NCBI GenBank assembly: GCA_044892505.1
Contig: CM097882.1
Span: 16,678,001-16,742,000, forward strand
DNA: 64,000 nt
Source of the DNA: Schmidtea nova
Taxonomy: Eukaryota
Reading direction: 5' to 3'
Shown: in pieces, positions 25,720 through 39,075 of the stretch
How the letters are laid out: each line of letters opens with the position of its first letter
Position numbering within the stretch: the stretch's first letter is position 1
Made by a program: the position numbers and the translations under genes
Notes under the pieces: generated by a model
What the model was told of the DNA's origin: nothing
The model's input: the letters and a program-made list of their open reading frames with translations, nothing else
The model's database searches: none

Positions 25720-27039
25720 TTTATTTATTAAATTTTTAACCCAAAACTAATTTAATTTAAATTTTTAATTTAATTTCATCATTCATTTTAATACAACAAA
25801 TCGCACAAACTATTTAAAAACATTCAAAATACACTTGTTCACAGCATTTAAAAATTTTTTAAAAATTTATTAAATAAAATTATTTTTAAATATATATATA
25901 TATATATATATAATAAATTTAAAATAATNNNNNNNNNNNNNNNNNNNNNNNNNNNNNNNNNNNNNNNNNNNNNNNNNNNNNNNNNNNNNNNNNNNNNNNN
26001 NNNNNNNNNNNNNNNNNNNNNNNNNNNNNNNNNNNNNNNNNNNNNNNNNNNNNNNNNNNNNNNNNNNNNNNNNNNNNNNNNNNNNNNNNNNNNNNNNNNN
26101 NNNNNNNNNNNNNNNNNNNNNNNNNNNNNNNNNNNNNNNNNNNNNNNNNNNNNNNNGCAAATAATCATTGAAACAAATTAATTATGATAAAATTTCTGAC
26201 GTTCAAATCAAAAATTAGAAAATATCATAGATATTTCAAAATAAACACAATTATAAACCCAGTAGATATAAACAAACTGTAACGAAATAGCAACACTAGA
26301 ACTGAATTACCAGAAAATTCAGGTGCTTTTAACAATTCCAGCACGTGTATGATTATATTTCTTGTTTAAACGAACTGGAAATTTCAGATGATTCTTTTAC
26401 ATTCAATAGTAAAACTACGCATATCGTCATTTCCAGTGAGGCTGATGTCAACCACTTTGAAAATCCGGGAAATTGTTTTTCTTAAATTTCAAGCTATGAA
26501 AATAATTTTCACTTTTAATTTTTGAAAAAAAACTAATTAATTTGTTTTTATTAATATGGTGCATTATAATAATAGTAGAACCATTTTATTTAATAATTAA
26601 ATATTATTTTTTTCCCTTTAGAAGAACACTTTTATTTTTAACTTTGAACCGATAAATTTTTATAACTTTTAAATTTTTATAAATTTTTAAATAAATATTG
26701 TTACTTGCAATGATACGATACTCGGATAAGTATGAAGTCTTGACTAAATTTACAATTAATATGTATTTCAATAATACTAATTATATTTTCTTTAAAATAT
26801 TGGAAAATTAAAACAAAACTAGATTTAAAAAAAAACATTTTACAAAAATTTTTACTTTGAAATTTAAAATTGCATTCTTTCGTTGGATTTTTAAATAAAA
26901 TTTTCACTCATTGACAATTTTCACACGGCTTTCATATTGTAGTTATAAATTTTTAATTCTTATATAATTAAATAAGTTAAAATATTTTTTAAATAAATTT
27001 CCTTCACAACAAAAAAAAGAATAAAGAATTTATTAGTAT

Positions 27040-27828
27040 TGTTTGGGTTGCCTGAACAGGCATGAAATAGAAATAAAAAGCACAAATTTATGTACATATC
27101 AATGAAAAAAACAAAATCTAAAAATGATAATTAAAGTACAAAAATTAATTAAAAATTTTTAAATTTTAAAAATTAAGATTTAATGGGAGAAATTGGTATG
27201 GGAGAATGCCAAATGATGAGACAAATTCAAATGTGGTTATATAAAATTGAAAAGGGGCCCCAGAAAGAAATTTTAAGATAATAACCATTAATTAAAATAA
27301 TTAATTGCCTAATAGAAAACCCGAGTTAATGCGAAACCCGAGCGATGTAGGAAACTCGGGGCATCAAAAAAATCAATTAAATATCCAAATAAATTGGATG
27401 ACGATGCCCCGAGGAAAAGTCCGTAATTTATTCAAATTAAATTATGGAGCTGCAAAATCAATTTAATTATTTTGTTTTGACAGATAAAATTAAGGTGACA
27501 GGATGAAAGGAAAAAGATACTATATAAACTGAGGACAATTTGCCAATGCCACCAGTTTGGTCGAAGCAAAATCTGTGATGAAAAAGTAGAAACGGCAGGA
27601 AAAAATGAAAGAGATAGCTAATGGCTATAATCCAGAAATAGAAAGAGAGATTTCTCATCGGGACACCTACCCTAACGCAAGAGTGCAGAAAACAGTTGTA
27701 ACTTTGTAAAGTTAAAGATTTTTTGATCCATTTGAAAAAAAAGATTATTGTGTTGGGTTTAATTTATTGTTGTTTGAGAAAGAACACAGGAGTCAGATAC
27801 TAACTGACTATTTGTTAATACCCCAACA
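27040..27828 (+). mobile_element. Solo LTR candidate
   Basis: TGTTTGGG...CCCCAACA ends (imperfect terminal IR), flanks GTAT/GTTT, shared GAGTGCAGAAAACA block with the 61864 LTR. Confidence 0.5.
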
Positions 27829-29984
27829 GTTTAATAAAAATATTTAAGATAATAAATGTTTTACAGACAAATCCTTTATCAATAATTTACAATACGTAAA
27901 AATTTGTAGTCTAACAAGTTTTAAAATTTTACCCAGATAACTTTTAAAAAATTTGATTAGTTAAGGAAGAAGGTTTGACATAGTTTCCCCATTTAGTTAA
28001 TTTTTTACACTGTAGAGTCTACACACTAGTTTTAGTTTCTTAACTTATACAATGAAAATAATTCTGAAAATTAATTGTTATTTTAGAAAGAAATATAATT
28101 ACGTTAAAACTTTTAATTAGCTTTCCAATTAAACTTAATTAAAGGAAATAGTTCAGACTTTGAGAAATAAAATTTTAAATAAAATACTAGTTAGTTTTGT
28201 GGACTCCATAATTACGTGTTCGATGAGTCATAGCCAATAAAAGTCGAGCAACATCTCCATAAAGTTCTTTTTGCATGTCCTATAAAAAATTTATAATATT
28301 TTTAATCATATTATTTCTATTACGTATTCGACGGAATCATAATAATTTTATTTTGTACTCGATGACTTCATATTATTTTTGATGGTGTAAATGTTAAATT
28401 ATTTTAAGGTCAAAAGCCAAAGTCATTTTAAGGTGAAATCTTTTAAAAAATTAAAAAAATTTAATATCGATAACTTGAATCACACATTTAGTTATTAAGT
28501 TATTAGAATGATCTTTAAACTCAAATTGAAGTGACCAAAAAAATGATTGACTTCATTAACCTTTTCACTCGCAGAAATTACCCTTTTTGTTCTATTATGA
28601 TTTTTATTAAAGCCAAGTGCCGAACTAAGAAAAACAAGCAAAGCTAAGGTGCTTAATAACAAGAAACATTACATTGCTTACATTGAAAGTTCGAAACACG
28701 TGTAAATAATATATTTGTTGCACCGGACAACAAAGTACGGCTTGGAATTAGCCGGCCTCCATCGCCTCTTTAATTTAACCTAATGATACCGACCATTTTA
28801 TTGTATTATTGTATTATAGTTTTTATCAAATAAAAATGTTAAGAAAATGTTTTGTTTTCGGGTATTGTAATAATAATAGCATTATAAATGAGATTTTGGT
28901 CTAGGAATAAAGTCCAGAATTTCTAAGTAAGTAACCGAAAACTGTATTATTCACAAAAGATCTTCTATTTAAAAGAAATTTAGCTGAAATTATAATGGAA
29001 AAGAAAGAATATTTGATGACCGTTTTATAGATTACGATGAAATAGGACTTACTTGTAGGAATGTAAAGGTTGCTGGTCTTATAAAATAAAAGATGACATC
29101 AAGTTGATTAAAACAAATTCTTTAGAAAAATCTTTCTTCATACTAATGAATATTTTAATTGTCATTGTCAATCAATTTAATGGACTGATTTATAAAATAT
29201 GCTTATGTTTTATTGGCGGCGATAAGGAAAGGCCGAATGATAAACGAACCATTAACAGTTTAAATCGCTATTTGAACAGTCGAAAATTATTTTTCTAAAA
29301 GATTTTCCTGATATTTGTTAATTATGGAAATGTATATTAAAGGGAAAGGTAAAAAATCCTTTCCTGGTGACTTTTAGCAATATTGGATAAATGAAATTCA
29401 TCGGAATCAAAAATAGAAAGATTTCGAATTTAGATAAATTTATGAGGTCATAAAATTCCGCCAAAATTGTCTAAATTTTAGACTCTAAATTACAACTGAA
29501 AAATAAATAAATTCTTTTTATGTACTTCAATAATATATTTTAATAAAGAGATTTGTCCTTAATTTTAATATTTTTAATTTTAGCTTGAAGAGTTTTTAAA
29601 TTGAATTTTAAATAAAATAAATTATTATTATATTAATATAATATTACTATTATTGTATATTTTTTATTAATATTATTATTATATTAAAACTAGCTGTAAC
29701 CCTTTAAAAGCGCTTGCGATACCGATACAATTTAAATTATATTTCTCACAGATCAGGAATTATATATTAATTATATCTTTAAAATACTACTTCACCGAAA
29801 ACAATAAAATTTTTTTTTTATTTATTTTAAATAATAACAAAATTTATTTATATTACTTTAAATTTTGAGTAATAAAAAATCACTTAAAAATTTAAAATAA
29901 AAGTCCAAAGGTAAAGTACAGACTTATGAATGTACAGCGGTAATTATACAATTTTATTATATTATTTTTATTATAATTATTACT

Positions 29985-29985
29985 G

Positions 29986-30075
<90 letters not shown>
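29985..30075. repeat. (ATT)n microsatellite
   Basis: Direct reading. Confidence 0.95.
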
Positions 30076-30869
30076 GTAAAATCATCAAATGAACGGCCAA
30101 ATAATAATTTTTATTCCTAGCAACCAATTTTTCCTTCATAACAGCATCAATGTCAATCATCAAATGAAAGGCAAAATAAGCAACCAATAGGCCTCCAAAT
30201 GTTTCATTTATTTGCCAATAAGTGAGCAACTCGAGTTTGTTACCATCAGGCTGCGGCCTGCAATGAACACCACGAAAAAGAATAGAGAAAGGCTCTCTGT
30301 GATTTGTTCGGCTATTGATTTGACCAAGAAAACCAGCGCGCTTCAGGGATTTGTATAACGTTGTCGGGTTGTTTATTTGCATCGTGAATAAATGTGATCA
30401 CACAAGGCACAGTAAAACCTTTTACGCAGTCATAATCTCTTTTAATCGCTTTTGCGGTGCACATCTTGGAAATTGTGATCAATGATTTAGCTAAATCCCT
30501 CAAAGACACCTCTGAATCGTTGCAAATTAATATTAGAGCATTCAATAATGCTGATGAAATGTTGCTGCTGTTTTCTGAATATTATCGGCTCTGAATATAC
30601 ATCATGGCTTTTTGAAACGCTTGTTTACGATAGAAAAAATCTTCATTTTGAACTGCACTTTTCATTAATAAAAATCTATGTATCTCAAATTTCCAGCCCA
30701 GAAAATTCTTAAAATCCAAAATTGGATTAAATAAACAACGTAAATTCCAACTCAATCTGAGAATTAAAAATTCCAATCGATATTGGAGAATTTCCAATAC
30801 ATTCAAAAAACCATGCGCACACAGACGCATATTGGATAACATAATAAGGCGCACACAGACGCGAAACAT
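30071..30869 (-). pseudogene. Decayed ~260-codon ORF of unknown family, probably transposon-borne
   Basis: Three consecutive ORF-track pieces join with one stop and one frameshift; preceded by three GCGTCTGTGTGCGC repeats (30815-30946). Confidence 0.45.
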
Positions 30870-32224
30870 TAAATAAAAATATCAACGCACACAAAGTGGA
30901 CTGCGAGAGCAGAATATAAGAAAACATGAAATGCGCACACAGACGCAAACTACTANNNNNNNNNNNNNNNNNNNNNNNNNNNNNNNNNNNNNNNNNNNNN
31001 NNNNNNNNNNNNNNNNNNNNNNNNNNNNNNNNNNNNNNNNNNNNNNNNNNNNNNNNNNNNNNNNNNNNNNNNNNNNNNNNNNNNNNNNNNNNNNNNNNNN
31101 NNNNNNNNNNNNNNNNNNNNNNNNNNNNNNNNNNNNNNNNNNNNNNNNNNNNNNNNNNNNNNNNNNNNNAATCTATATTTACAGACTCTTAGAGTATTAT
31201 CATCTGTTAAATGATGTTCTGAAATAATAATGAAGAGAACGTGTATAATCACGAACGTTCAAACCAAAACGTAGAAAATTAAATTTTGTGACAGATGGCA
31301 ACTTTACATTTCAATTATTTAAAAAGTTCCAGTTTTACGCCATCATTAAACACTTCCAATAGAAAATGAAACTTTTTTTTAAAAAAGTTTTTTAAATTTC
31401 TAAAATGAATTGTTAGCTCAAAATCTGATTTTGATGCATAAAATTGGTTTGAGAGAAATATGTAGTTTTGTTTTTTTTAATACTTAAATTATTTTGGAAG
31501 GAAGAATTTCATCAGCGACATTTAGATGATTTTCATCAATATGATTGGACGTCTGAAGCGAAGTGTCTAGTTAAATGGAAATAAAATATGAAAGGTACCC
31601 AAAAATAAAGAATTATAATATAGATAGACAAAGTCGACTTCTTCAAATTTTTTCTTTTATACATTTTAATTTGGATATTTAATTTTCAACTTTTTAACGA
31701 CATTTGCGATTTGATTCAAATCATCTTTTAAATGTAAAACACAATAAACAAATAAAAATAAGATAATTTAAAAAATAGCGGTAAAGAAAGGTTTTATTAT
31801 GAGGCACCAACCTCCATTGGCATACTATTGTTGTATATCGGCGAATTGTAAAATTATCAAATAACATGTCTAATTGTTTTATTAAAATTTTTCCCCTCGA
31901 AAAATATTTAAAAAAACAAAGTATCCATAGTAAATATGAAAATAAATTTAATTCAGAAATAAAAAATCAATCGAAAAATAACTATTTATTATAAAATAAT
32001 TTTTAATATTCAATTAATAATACCCAAAAAGGCAAGAATATAATAAATATAATTACCCAAGTTGTACTAAGAAAGATTGAGATGAGCTTGACAAATTTTT
32101 ATAAGCATACTACATATGTCTCCGACTATATTATTATGAAACTTAATGAGAAAACACTTAATTCATTGTATTGGGTTGTTACGTTTGTCGGTGAATATGT
32201 GAAATAAAAACTTATTAATATAAA

Positions 32225-32455
32225 TATTAATAATTCCCATAATGGATGACTATAGGTCAAAATTCTTTTTAAACAAGTACACAATATTTCGACACAGCCT
32301 TTATCAAGTGTGTATTTCAAAGATACACACTTGATCAAGGCAGTACCGAAATATTGTGTACTTGTTTAAAAAGGATTTTGATCTATAGTCATCCATTATG
32401 GGAATTATTGATATTAATAGTAAAAAAGATCAAAGGTGAAACAAAAAGATAATTA
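32225..32455. mobile_element. Older head-to-head palindrome of the hammerhead unit
   Basis: Arms share the private variant CCCATAATGGAT/ATCCATTATGGG but carry arm-specific mutations in the ribozyme cores. Confidence 0.8.
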
Positions 32456-32492
32456 TGATAATTATTAATATTATTACCAAGTCTACTTTATT

Positions 32493-33059
32493 TGTTAACA
32501 ACAATTACGAATTACAAACAGAATAAACTTTCATTGATTATCACAAATGGTTACCACAAATTACAACGACACCAATGATTCAATTTTACCATCAGTTGTA
32601 GGTAGTGCTTTTGAAGACCTTTACTAGCACTAAGAGGAAACAATATAAATTTACGACCACTTACTACTACCTTTAATTTATTAATTGGCAAATCAACCAT
32701 GATGCGCTCGTACCTTGATTTGAATAACTTTAATACTCAGGATTTCCGAGTTCGCATAACTTTAATCGGTTTCATGACATGTAATAACGCAGTAGTTAAA
32801 CACCGACAGTTGATCGCAAGACACTCGGGTGAGCTGTCGAGATATCCCGAGCCTTGATTTTATTTTGTTGTCGGTTTTGGAATTGTTTTTATTGACTAGT
32901 ACTTGTTAATTATCAATGACCTTGTTTTGTTTCATTGTTTAATTTCATTGATTTTTTTCTCCTTTTCCAATTTCTTCTTTTCACACCTGCCTCTCAAAAT
33001 CCTAGGACAACAAACCATTTATTTTATCATTTAATTTTATTATTAAGGTATCTTCAACA
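32493..33059 (-). mobile_element. LTR-like segment related to 24533-25370 and 61864-62414
   Basis: Minus strand starts TGTTGAAGATACCTTAATAA; similar poly(A)-signal region; no TSD found. Confidence 0.5.
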
Positions 33060-33118
33060 ATATTATACAATGCATTTTAAAGTTATAGAAAAACGCCAAC
33101 TCAGTAAATTCAACATAA

Positions 33119-33160
33119 ACGCGATATATTTCGATTGTATAACAATCTTCGTCAGGCAGC
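33119..33160 (-). ncRNA. Minimal type I hammerhead ribozyme, canonical C3-G8 core
   Basis: Minus strand TGC-CTGACGA-A-GATTG(TTATA)CAATC-GAAA-TATA-TC-GCG; same strand as, and 3' of, the PLE fragment at 33470-33820. Confidence 0.75.
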
Positions 33161-33469
33161 AATCAGGATAATCAATAATAAAATAGAAAATATGCCAAAT
33201 TTAAACAAATTAATTAATAATAATCATCATCTCCATACTATATCAAAATTTTAATTTAAAAAGTTTAATTTATTTTATTTTATTACATAAAAATTTTTAA
33301 AAATTAATTTAAAAAAAACATTTTACATAGAACAACATACATATTATTTTAAAAATAAAATAAAATTTAATAAAATTTTAACATTCAACATAAAATATAC
33401 AAATTAAAAAAAAATTAAAATGTTTACAAAAAACAAACATAATTATACCACAAACACAATTCTCAACAT

Positions 33470-33950
33470 TCAACCTTCAGTTACTTAAACACATTCAAAA
33501 TATCCGTGGAATGGGCAACTTGATCATTTATTTTTAGATTTAAATATCTAATCATCAATGCCTCACAAGTTACTCGTTCTCAATAATTACTTAAACCTTT
33601 TGAAACAATTTTAAAATCAGAGATACCTATTTTTTTAATGACACATTTCCTAAAATGATCACTAATATTAGACAATCCTTTTTGTCGGCAATGCTCAAGA
33701 ACTCGGGTGCAGAGATGACGGGCAGTCTCTCCAATGGATGTGGCATTACATCTATTACATGACAATTGATACTCGAGCTCAGAACACAAACCAATTGGCG
33801 TTTGACATTTACTAGTGAACACATTACAATTTTCATGTAATGGGTGTAATGCCACATACATTGGAGAGACTCCCCGTCATCTCTGCACCCGAGTTCTTGA
33901 GCATTGCCTACAAAAAGGACTGACTAATATTAGTGATTTTTTTAAGATTT
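33470..33950. pseudogene. PLE GIY-YIG fragment with an internal inversion (minus 33470-33820, plus 33820-33950)
   Basis: The same ATYIGETARHL block is read on both strands; junction falls in the hairpin CATTAC-AATTTTCAT-GTAATG. Confidence 0.8.
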
Positions 33951-34358
33951 GCACTGGGNNNNNNNNNNNNNNNNNNNNNNNNNNNNNNNNNNNNNNNNNN
34001 NNNNNNNNNNNNNNNNNNNNNNNNNNNNNNNNNNNNNNNNNNNNNNNNNNNNNNNNNNNNNNNNNNNNNNNNNNNNNNNNNNNNNNNNNNNNNNNNNNNN
34101 NNNNNNNNNNNNNNNNNNNNNNNNNNNNNNNNNNNNNNNNNNNNNNNNNNNNNNNNNNNNNNNNNNNNNNNNNNNNNNNNNNNNNNNTAAAATAATAAAT
34201 AAATAATATAATTAATATAATATTAGTACAAACTTGGATCTAAAATTAAGTTTTGTAAGGTCAAAATGAAAAGAAAACAAGAATTAATGTAAAATCAAAA
34301 AACATAAAGTAAGCTGACCATAGATACAATACATGCGGCCTTTTTGTTACTGGTCAAG

Positions 34359-34366
34359 TATAAAAG
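34359..34366 (+). promoter_or_regulatory. TATA box of the secreted peptide gene
   Basis: TATAAAAG about 30 bp upstream of the ATG at 34391. Confidence 0.6.
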
Positions 34367-34390
34367 CAGCAGCAAATTTGTTATAATTTA

Positions 34391-34697
34391 ATGATGAAAC
34401 TGTTTCTACTTATTCTCGGCCTAGTTGCGATTAGTGAGGTTTTCGGTGCTCCGCTGCTGGAGGATAATGATCTGAAAACAATTAACGTCGAAAGTACCTT
34501 TTGGTTCTCTGTTTAATATTATTATTATTTTCATTAGATTTGGAAGAAAAATTTACCGAGGAAGAAAGTATGAAAACTTAAAATTGTATAATAATAGTTC
34601 AAAATTATCACTAGATGAACAAGAATATGAAAAGAAGAGGAGATGCTTCAGAATTTGCTATAAGAACAAAGTCTGTGTCATACGTTGCGTAGGATAA
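34391..34697 (+). CDS. Three-exon secreted precursor (71 aa) of a putative tachyplesin/gomesin-like beta-hairpin antimicrobial peptide
   Basis: Exons 34391-34493, 34538-34567, 34615-34697; phase-1 GT-AG introns of 44 and 47 nt; MMKLFLLILGLVAISEVFG-APLLEDNDLKTINVENLEEKFTEEENEQEYE-KKRR-CFRICYKNKVCVIRCVG*; AATAAA at 34706. Confidence 0.85.
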
Positions 34698-35064
34698 TTT
34701 GATTAAATAAAATTTGTAATTTGCTTCATTTTTTTATTAGAAACATTTTTAAGAGAAATAAAATAATTATTTATACAAATAATATTATAATTACAAAACT
34801 TAAATACTATCATTATTGCTTTGATATGCAGTCCAATGATTAAAATAGCAATTCGGAAATTTGAAGGAAAAATTTGTGAAAATTTGTATAAAATTTTTAC
34901 TGACATTTAAGAAATTTCTATTTTGAAAAAAATTAAATGAAATTTGTTGAAATCTTATTTTTGGTCATTGGATTAAAAAATGTTTGTTTGAATAATAATT
35001 AAAAGAAGTGAAGAAAATTTAAAAATTCATTGTAGTTAAATAAAAATTGAATTAAAGAAAACTT

Positions 35065-36690
35065 ATGACTTTTCATTTCCCGAATGGTACGATTGATACT
35101 TTCGTTGCGGCTAACATAGCGACCACGTCTTCAGAAATCTTTCTTGGACAATTGATACCGAAAAAGTTCAGAAAAGGAGATGATGTCGACAAATTTATTG
35201 AAGAATGCGAAACGTTTTTCAGTTTGCGACTTTTACAGGTTTCAAACAATAAATAATAGTAAGTTCCCTGTTAGATGATGACCTCAGAAAGAAATATAAA
35301 AGCATCGACCCAAAAATCAAATGCTACAAAGAGAGAATGAGGACGGCATTTAAAACGGAAACAAAAGTATTACAAGATATCAAAGCAGCACTGGCATACA
35401 AGCAAACAAACGAACAACCCGAAAGGTATTTCGAGATAATAGACAGGATGGTTAATAAAATCTTTGAACGAGAATGGATAAAAGAAGATCTGAAGGAGAA
35501 ACTCTTAATAGAATGCTCAGATGTGAGAGAGTTAAAAATGAATAGACCAGATAAAAGAGAAAATCACAAGGTTACACGAGATTCATAAGATGACAGAGGA
35601 AATTATGGCCATAGAAAGAAGTAGACGAGAATCAGGAAATGTAAGAAGTTACAGAGATGCAGCCAGAACGAAGAACAATTTTACACAGAGACCATATATG
35701 TAAACAAGGCAATACTTTAAACCGAAAGTAAGAAGAGATTATGAGAATCAACAAAACAAGAGAGAGATGGAATGTTGGACTTTTCACCAAGTAGGTCATT
35801 TAAGCCGAGACTGCCCAAAGAAGTTGATTGCATGCTTCGGTTGCGGAAAATAGGGACATTTCAGAAGAGAATGCCCAAATATAAGATGCAGATGCAATAG
35901 AAATTGATAGAAAGAAGCTCAGTGTTACACAAATTTAAACCGAAAAGAAACAAGAAGATTAAATTCGAATGAACAGAATCAAAGAAATGAAGGATATCAA
36001 GGAAAAAGTTGATATCAGAAATATGTAGAACAAGGAGGAATGAAAAGAGAATCAAGGGGAACCAGAGAATGATTTGTAGCAAATATCGAGGATAAGTTTT
36101 CAGAAAATGGAGAATTTGAAAATCGAAGATACCCAAACGAGAATGCTCTAACAGAAGAGGAGATAGTCGGAGCGATATATTAGATAATTGGAAAAACTCC
36201 CACATTTTGAATTATTATAGTATAAGTAGTATATTACCTATTATATAGAACACAGTAGAGAGTGAGCTAACAAATGAGGAAACGGTATGCACAGCAAATA
36301 AAGTAAACATATTTTTGAAGAAGGATTGGAGAATCGGTAAAAGTAAAGGGAATATGACTGATGAAAGAATAGATATTATGGCTTTAGTTGAACAGAAACA
36401 GAATATAATAAGATATGACAGAATGCATGGCCGACAAAGTGTAACAATCGAGATCAATGGATAAGTCATGGAAAGTTTATTGAATACCGGAGCAAGTATT
36501 AATATTATGAGCTGGAAATAATGTCAGAGATTACGAGGGATTGAGTTGACAAGGACAGCAATAACACTTCGGTGTGCAAACGATGGAAAATTAGAAATAA
36601 AAGGCAGTGCAGAAATGAAAGTCAATTTGAATGGTATGGAGAGAGAAATACAGTTCACAATAGTAGAACAACTACCACAAGTTAAATACA
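35065..36690 (+). pseudogene. Ty3/gypsy gag-protease remnant
   Basis: Capsid-like KGDDVDKFIEECETFF; two decayed CCHC knuckles (C....Q.GHLSRDCP, CFGCGK.GHFRRECP); protease LLNTGASINIM; many stops. Confidence 0.85.
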
Positions 36691-37730
36691 CTTATCCTTC
36701 TAGTTGCTGACTGTTAAAAAATGCGATATGATATTAATTGAAAATTTTAATGGAAGATTAGTGCGGAGGGGGTGCATAAATAATTTAGCCTTTGCCATAA
36801 TTTAACCTTTTTTGTCAATAAAAAACATTAAATAAATTATTCTAAAAGGGACATTGGATTCATTATACTAAAAGATCCAATCAAAATCTTTGATTATAAT
36901 TTCGCGAATTCCAAATTCATCAACCAAGTGTTTCAAAAAATTGGGATAGTAATTCAAACTTCTTAAAGATTTACATATTTATATTTCGTTTTCTTAAAAA
37001 CTGATTTGAATCTACACGTTGATGAATGACGCCGCTAGAAGGAGTCTGTACCTCCTGAAAACGAATCCCTGTCTTCGTCACTGACTTTGATTATTTTTTC
37101 AAGTCATTTTTCTTGATTTTATCCAAAATGCAATAACTAAATTATTAATTAATGCAAAAGCTAAATTATTGCAAGGGTAAATTATTTCAGTAACCCGTGT
37201 AGAGTTTATTCAGCTTCAATCGGTGCCATAAGTTGATAAATCGTTCGAAATTAAAAGGAAAAAGTGCTGATTTACACATAAACTCCTTAGTTACACGAAA
37301 ACCAAAACGCACTTCTAAAGTTCAAAAATAAATATTGTTTAAATGTTGTTATGACAATTATAATTATTATAAAAATTGAGTTAGAAAGGCAATGCTCATT
37401 TCACATTATCCATTTTAACAATTATTTAACTAGATTTCGTTGATAATAAATGATGACAACATTACTTTTAATTTTGAAATATATTTAAATATTTTGTTTA
37501 AATAAATTATTTATCAAATAANNNNNNNNNNNNNNNNNNNNNNNNNNNNNNNNNNNNNNNNNNNNNNNNNNNNNNNNNNNNNNNNNNNNNNNNNNNNNNN
37601 NNNNNNNNNNNNNNNNNNNNNNNNNNNNNNNNNNNNNNNNNNNNNNNNNNNNNNNNNNNNNNNNNNNNNNNNNNNNNNNNNNNNNNNNNNNNNNNNNNNN
37701 NNNNNNNNNNNNNNNNNNNNTATTTAACAC

Positions 37731-37773
37731 ATCGTTATATATTTCGACCAAATATCAGTCTTCTTCAGACTAG
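37731..37773 (-). ncRNA. Minimal hammerhead ribozyme, canonical core, decayed stem I
   Basis: Minus strand GT-CTGAAGA-A-GAC(TGATATTTG)GTC-GAAA-TATA-TA-AC; 3' of the minus-strand PLE fragment at 38040-38430. Confidence 0.65.
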
Positions 37774-38039
37774 CAATAACGACAACAAATATAATTTAAA
37801 TATAAAAAAATATTCAAATAATAAATATCTATAATAATAATCACCAAATTATATCAATATATATTCTTTATAATTAATTATTTAAAAATAAAATTTTCCA
37901 ATAAATTTTAAATTATAAAAATTCCATTTTTAAAGAAAAGTTAAAGCAGAACTTTTTTTAAAAAATAACACAACATTCATCAAATGAAAATAATTCCCAA
38001 AAACAACATAATTATACAAAAAACACAATTCAAAACATG

Positions 38040-38430
38040 TTAAACCAAGTTACTCAAACACATTCAAAATATCAGTGAAATGAACAATTTGAGCATTAAT
38101 TTCTGAATCAAAAGATTTTATCAATAATGCCGCACAAGTTAATCGTTTCTGATAATTACTCAGACTATTTGTAATAACTTTAAAATCAGATATATCTATT
38201 TTTTACTGTCACATTTTTTAAAATGATTGTAAATATTAACCAAACCATTCAGTGGACAATGCTTAAGTACTTGGATGCAGAAATGGCTCCCTAATATTTT
38301 GTGGCCTTACATAAATTACATGAAAATTAATATTCGAGTCCTGAAGACAAATCAAATAGCGTCGAACATTAATTAGTAAGCATACCATTAACATTAAAAG
38401 ACACGGAAACAATCCTAAATAAAGTGTCTA
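38040..38430 (-). pseudogene. Highly decayed PLE GIY-YIG 3' fragment
   Basis: Aligns by eye with 23690-24065 (TTTAGGATTGTTTCC..., TCTGATTTTAAAGTTATT, GATATTTTGAATGTGTTT). Confidence 0.7.
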
Positions 38431-39044
38431 TATTTTTGAGAATGTAAAACTTAAATTCACTGAAGTCCTTAATGGCTTTTCCTTTTAAGATTTCTCTTTA
38501 TAAATGAAATTCCTCTGTTATTCTAATTTAAAACCTGAATTTACACTATTTAGAAATGGAATTCTAGATATTTAAATCAGACCTAAAATCCCATAGACCC
38601 TCCTTTTTTGGTGACCCTCGCCCTGAATTTTTAGATACCCTCTACATAGAATTACTTTTAAATTACTTAATCACAATAACAAAATTGCGTGATTTAATAA
38701 AAAATGTTTACATAATTACATAACTAACCATTTCTATTATTTAATATTTATAATGCGCAAAATTATTAAAATTCTATATAATTATGACATAACTAGGTTG
38801 TTCAAAGGCGCCCCCTTAGTCAATTTTTCACTTTTGGCAGTTTCATTTTTCAGTATTAAATAATTGAAAAAAAAATGTTTTTTTAAACTTGTTAACTTTT
38901 AACTTAGAATTTTATTCAACTTATTATGATTGGCCTAAAGAATTTCATTGTACACAATGTTTCGTGTGAATACACGATCGTCATCTAACAAATATTATTT
39001 ATAATATTAATTTAATATTAATTACAAAAAAATATTAATTATAA

Positions 39045-39075
<31 letters not shown>

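Noticed and set aside
29100-29230. SWIM zinc-finger / MULE transposase remnant (CHCQSF-NGLI.K.AY)
   Set aside because: Two ligands are missing and frameshifts are required; too weak to call.
31225-31262. Degenerate hammerhead (ATGAAGA...GTG-TATAAT-CAC-GAACGTTC)
   Set aside because: Core position 3 and one A of GAAA are missing and stem I is absent; at best a dead relic.
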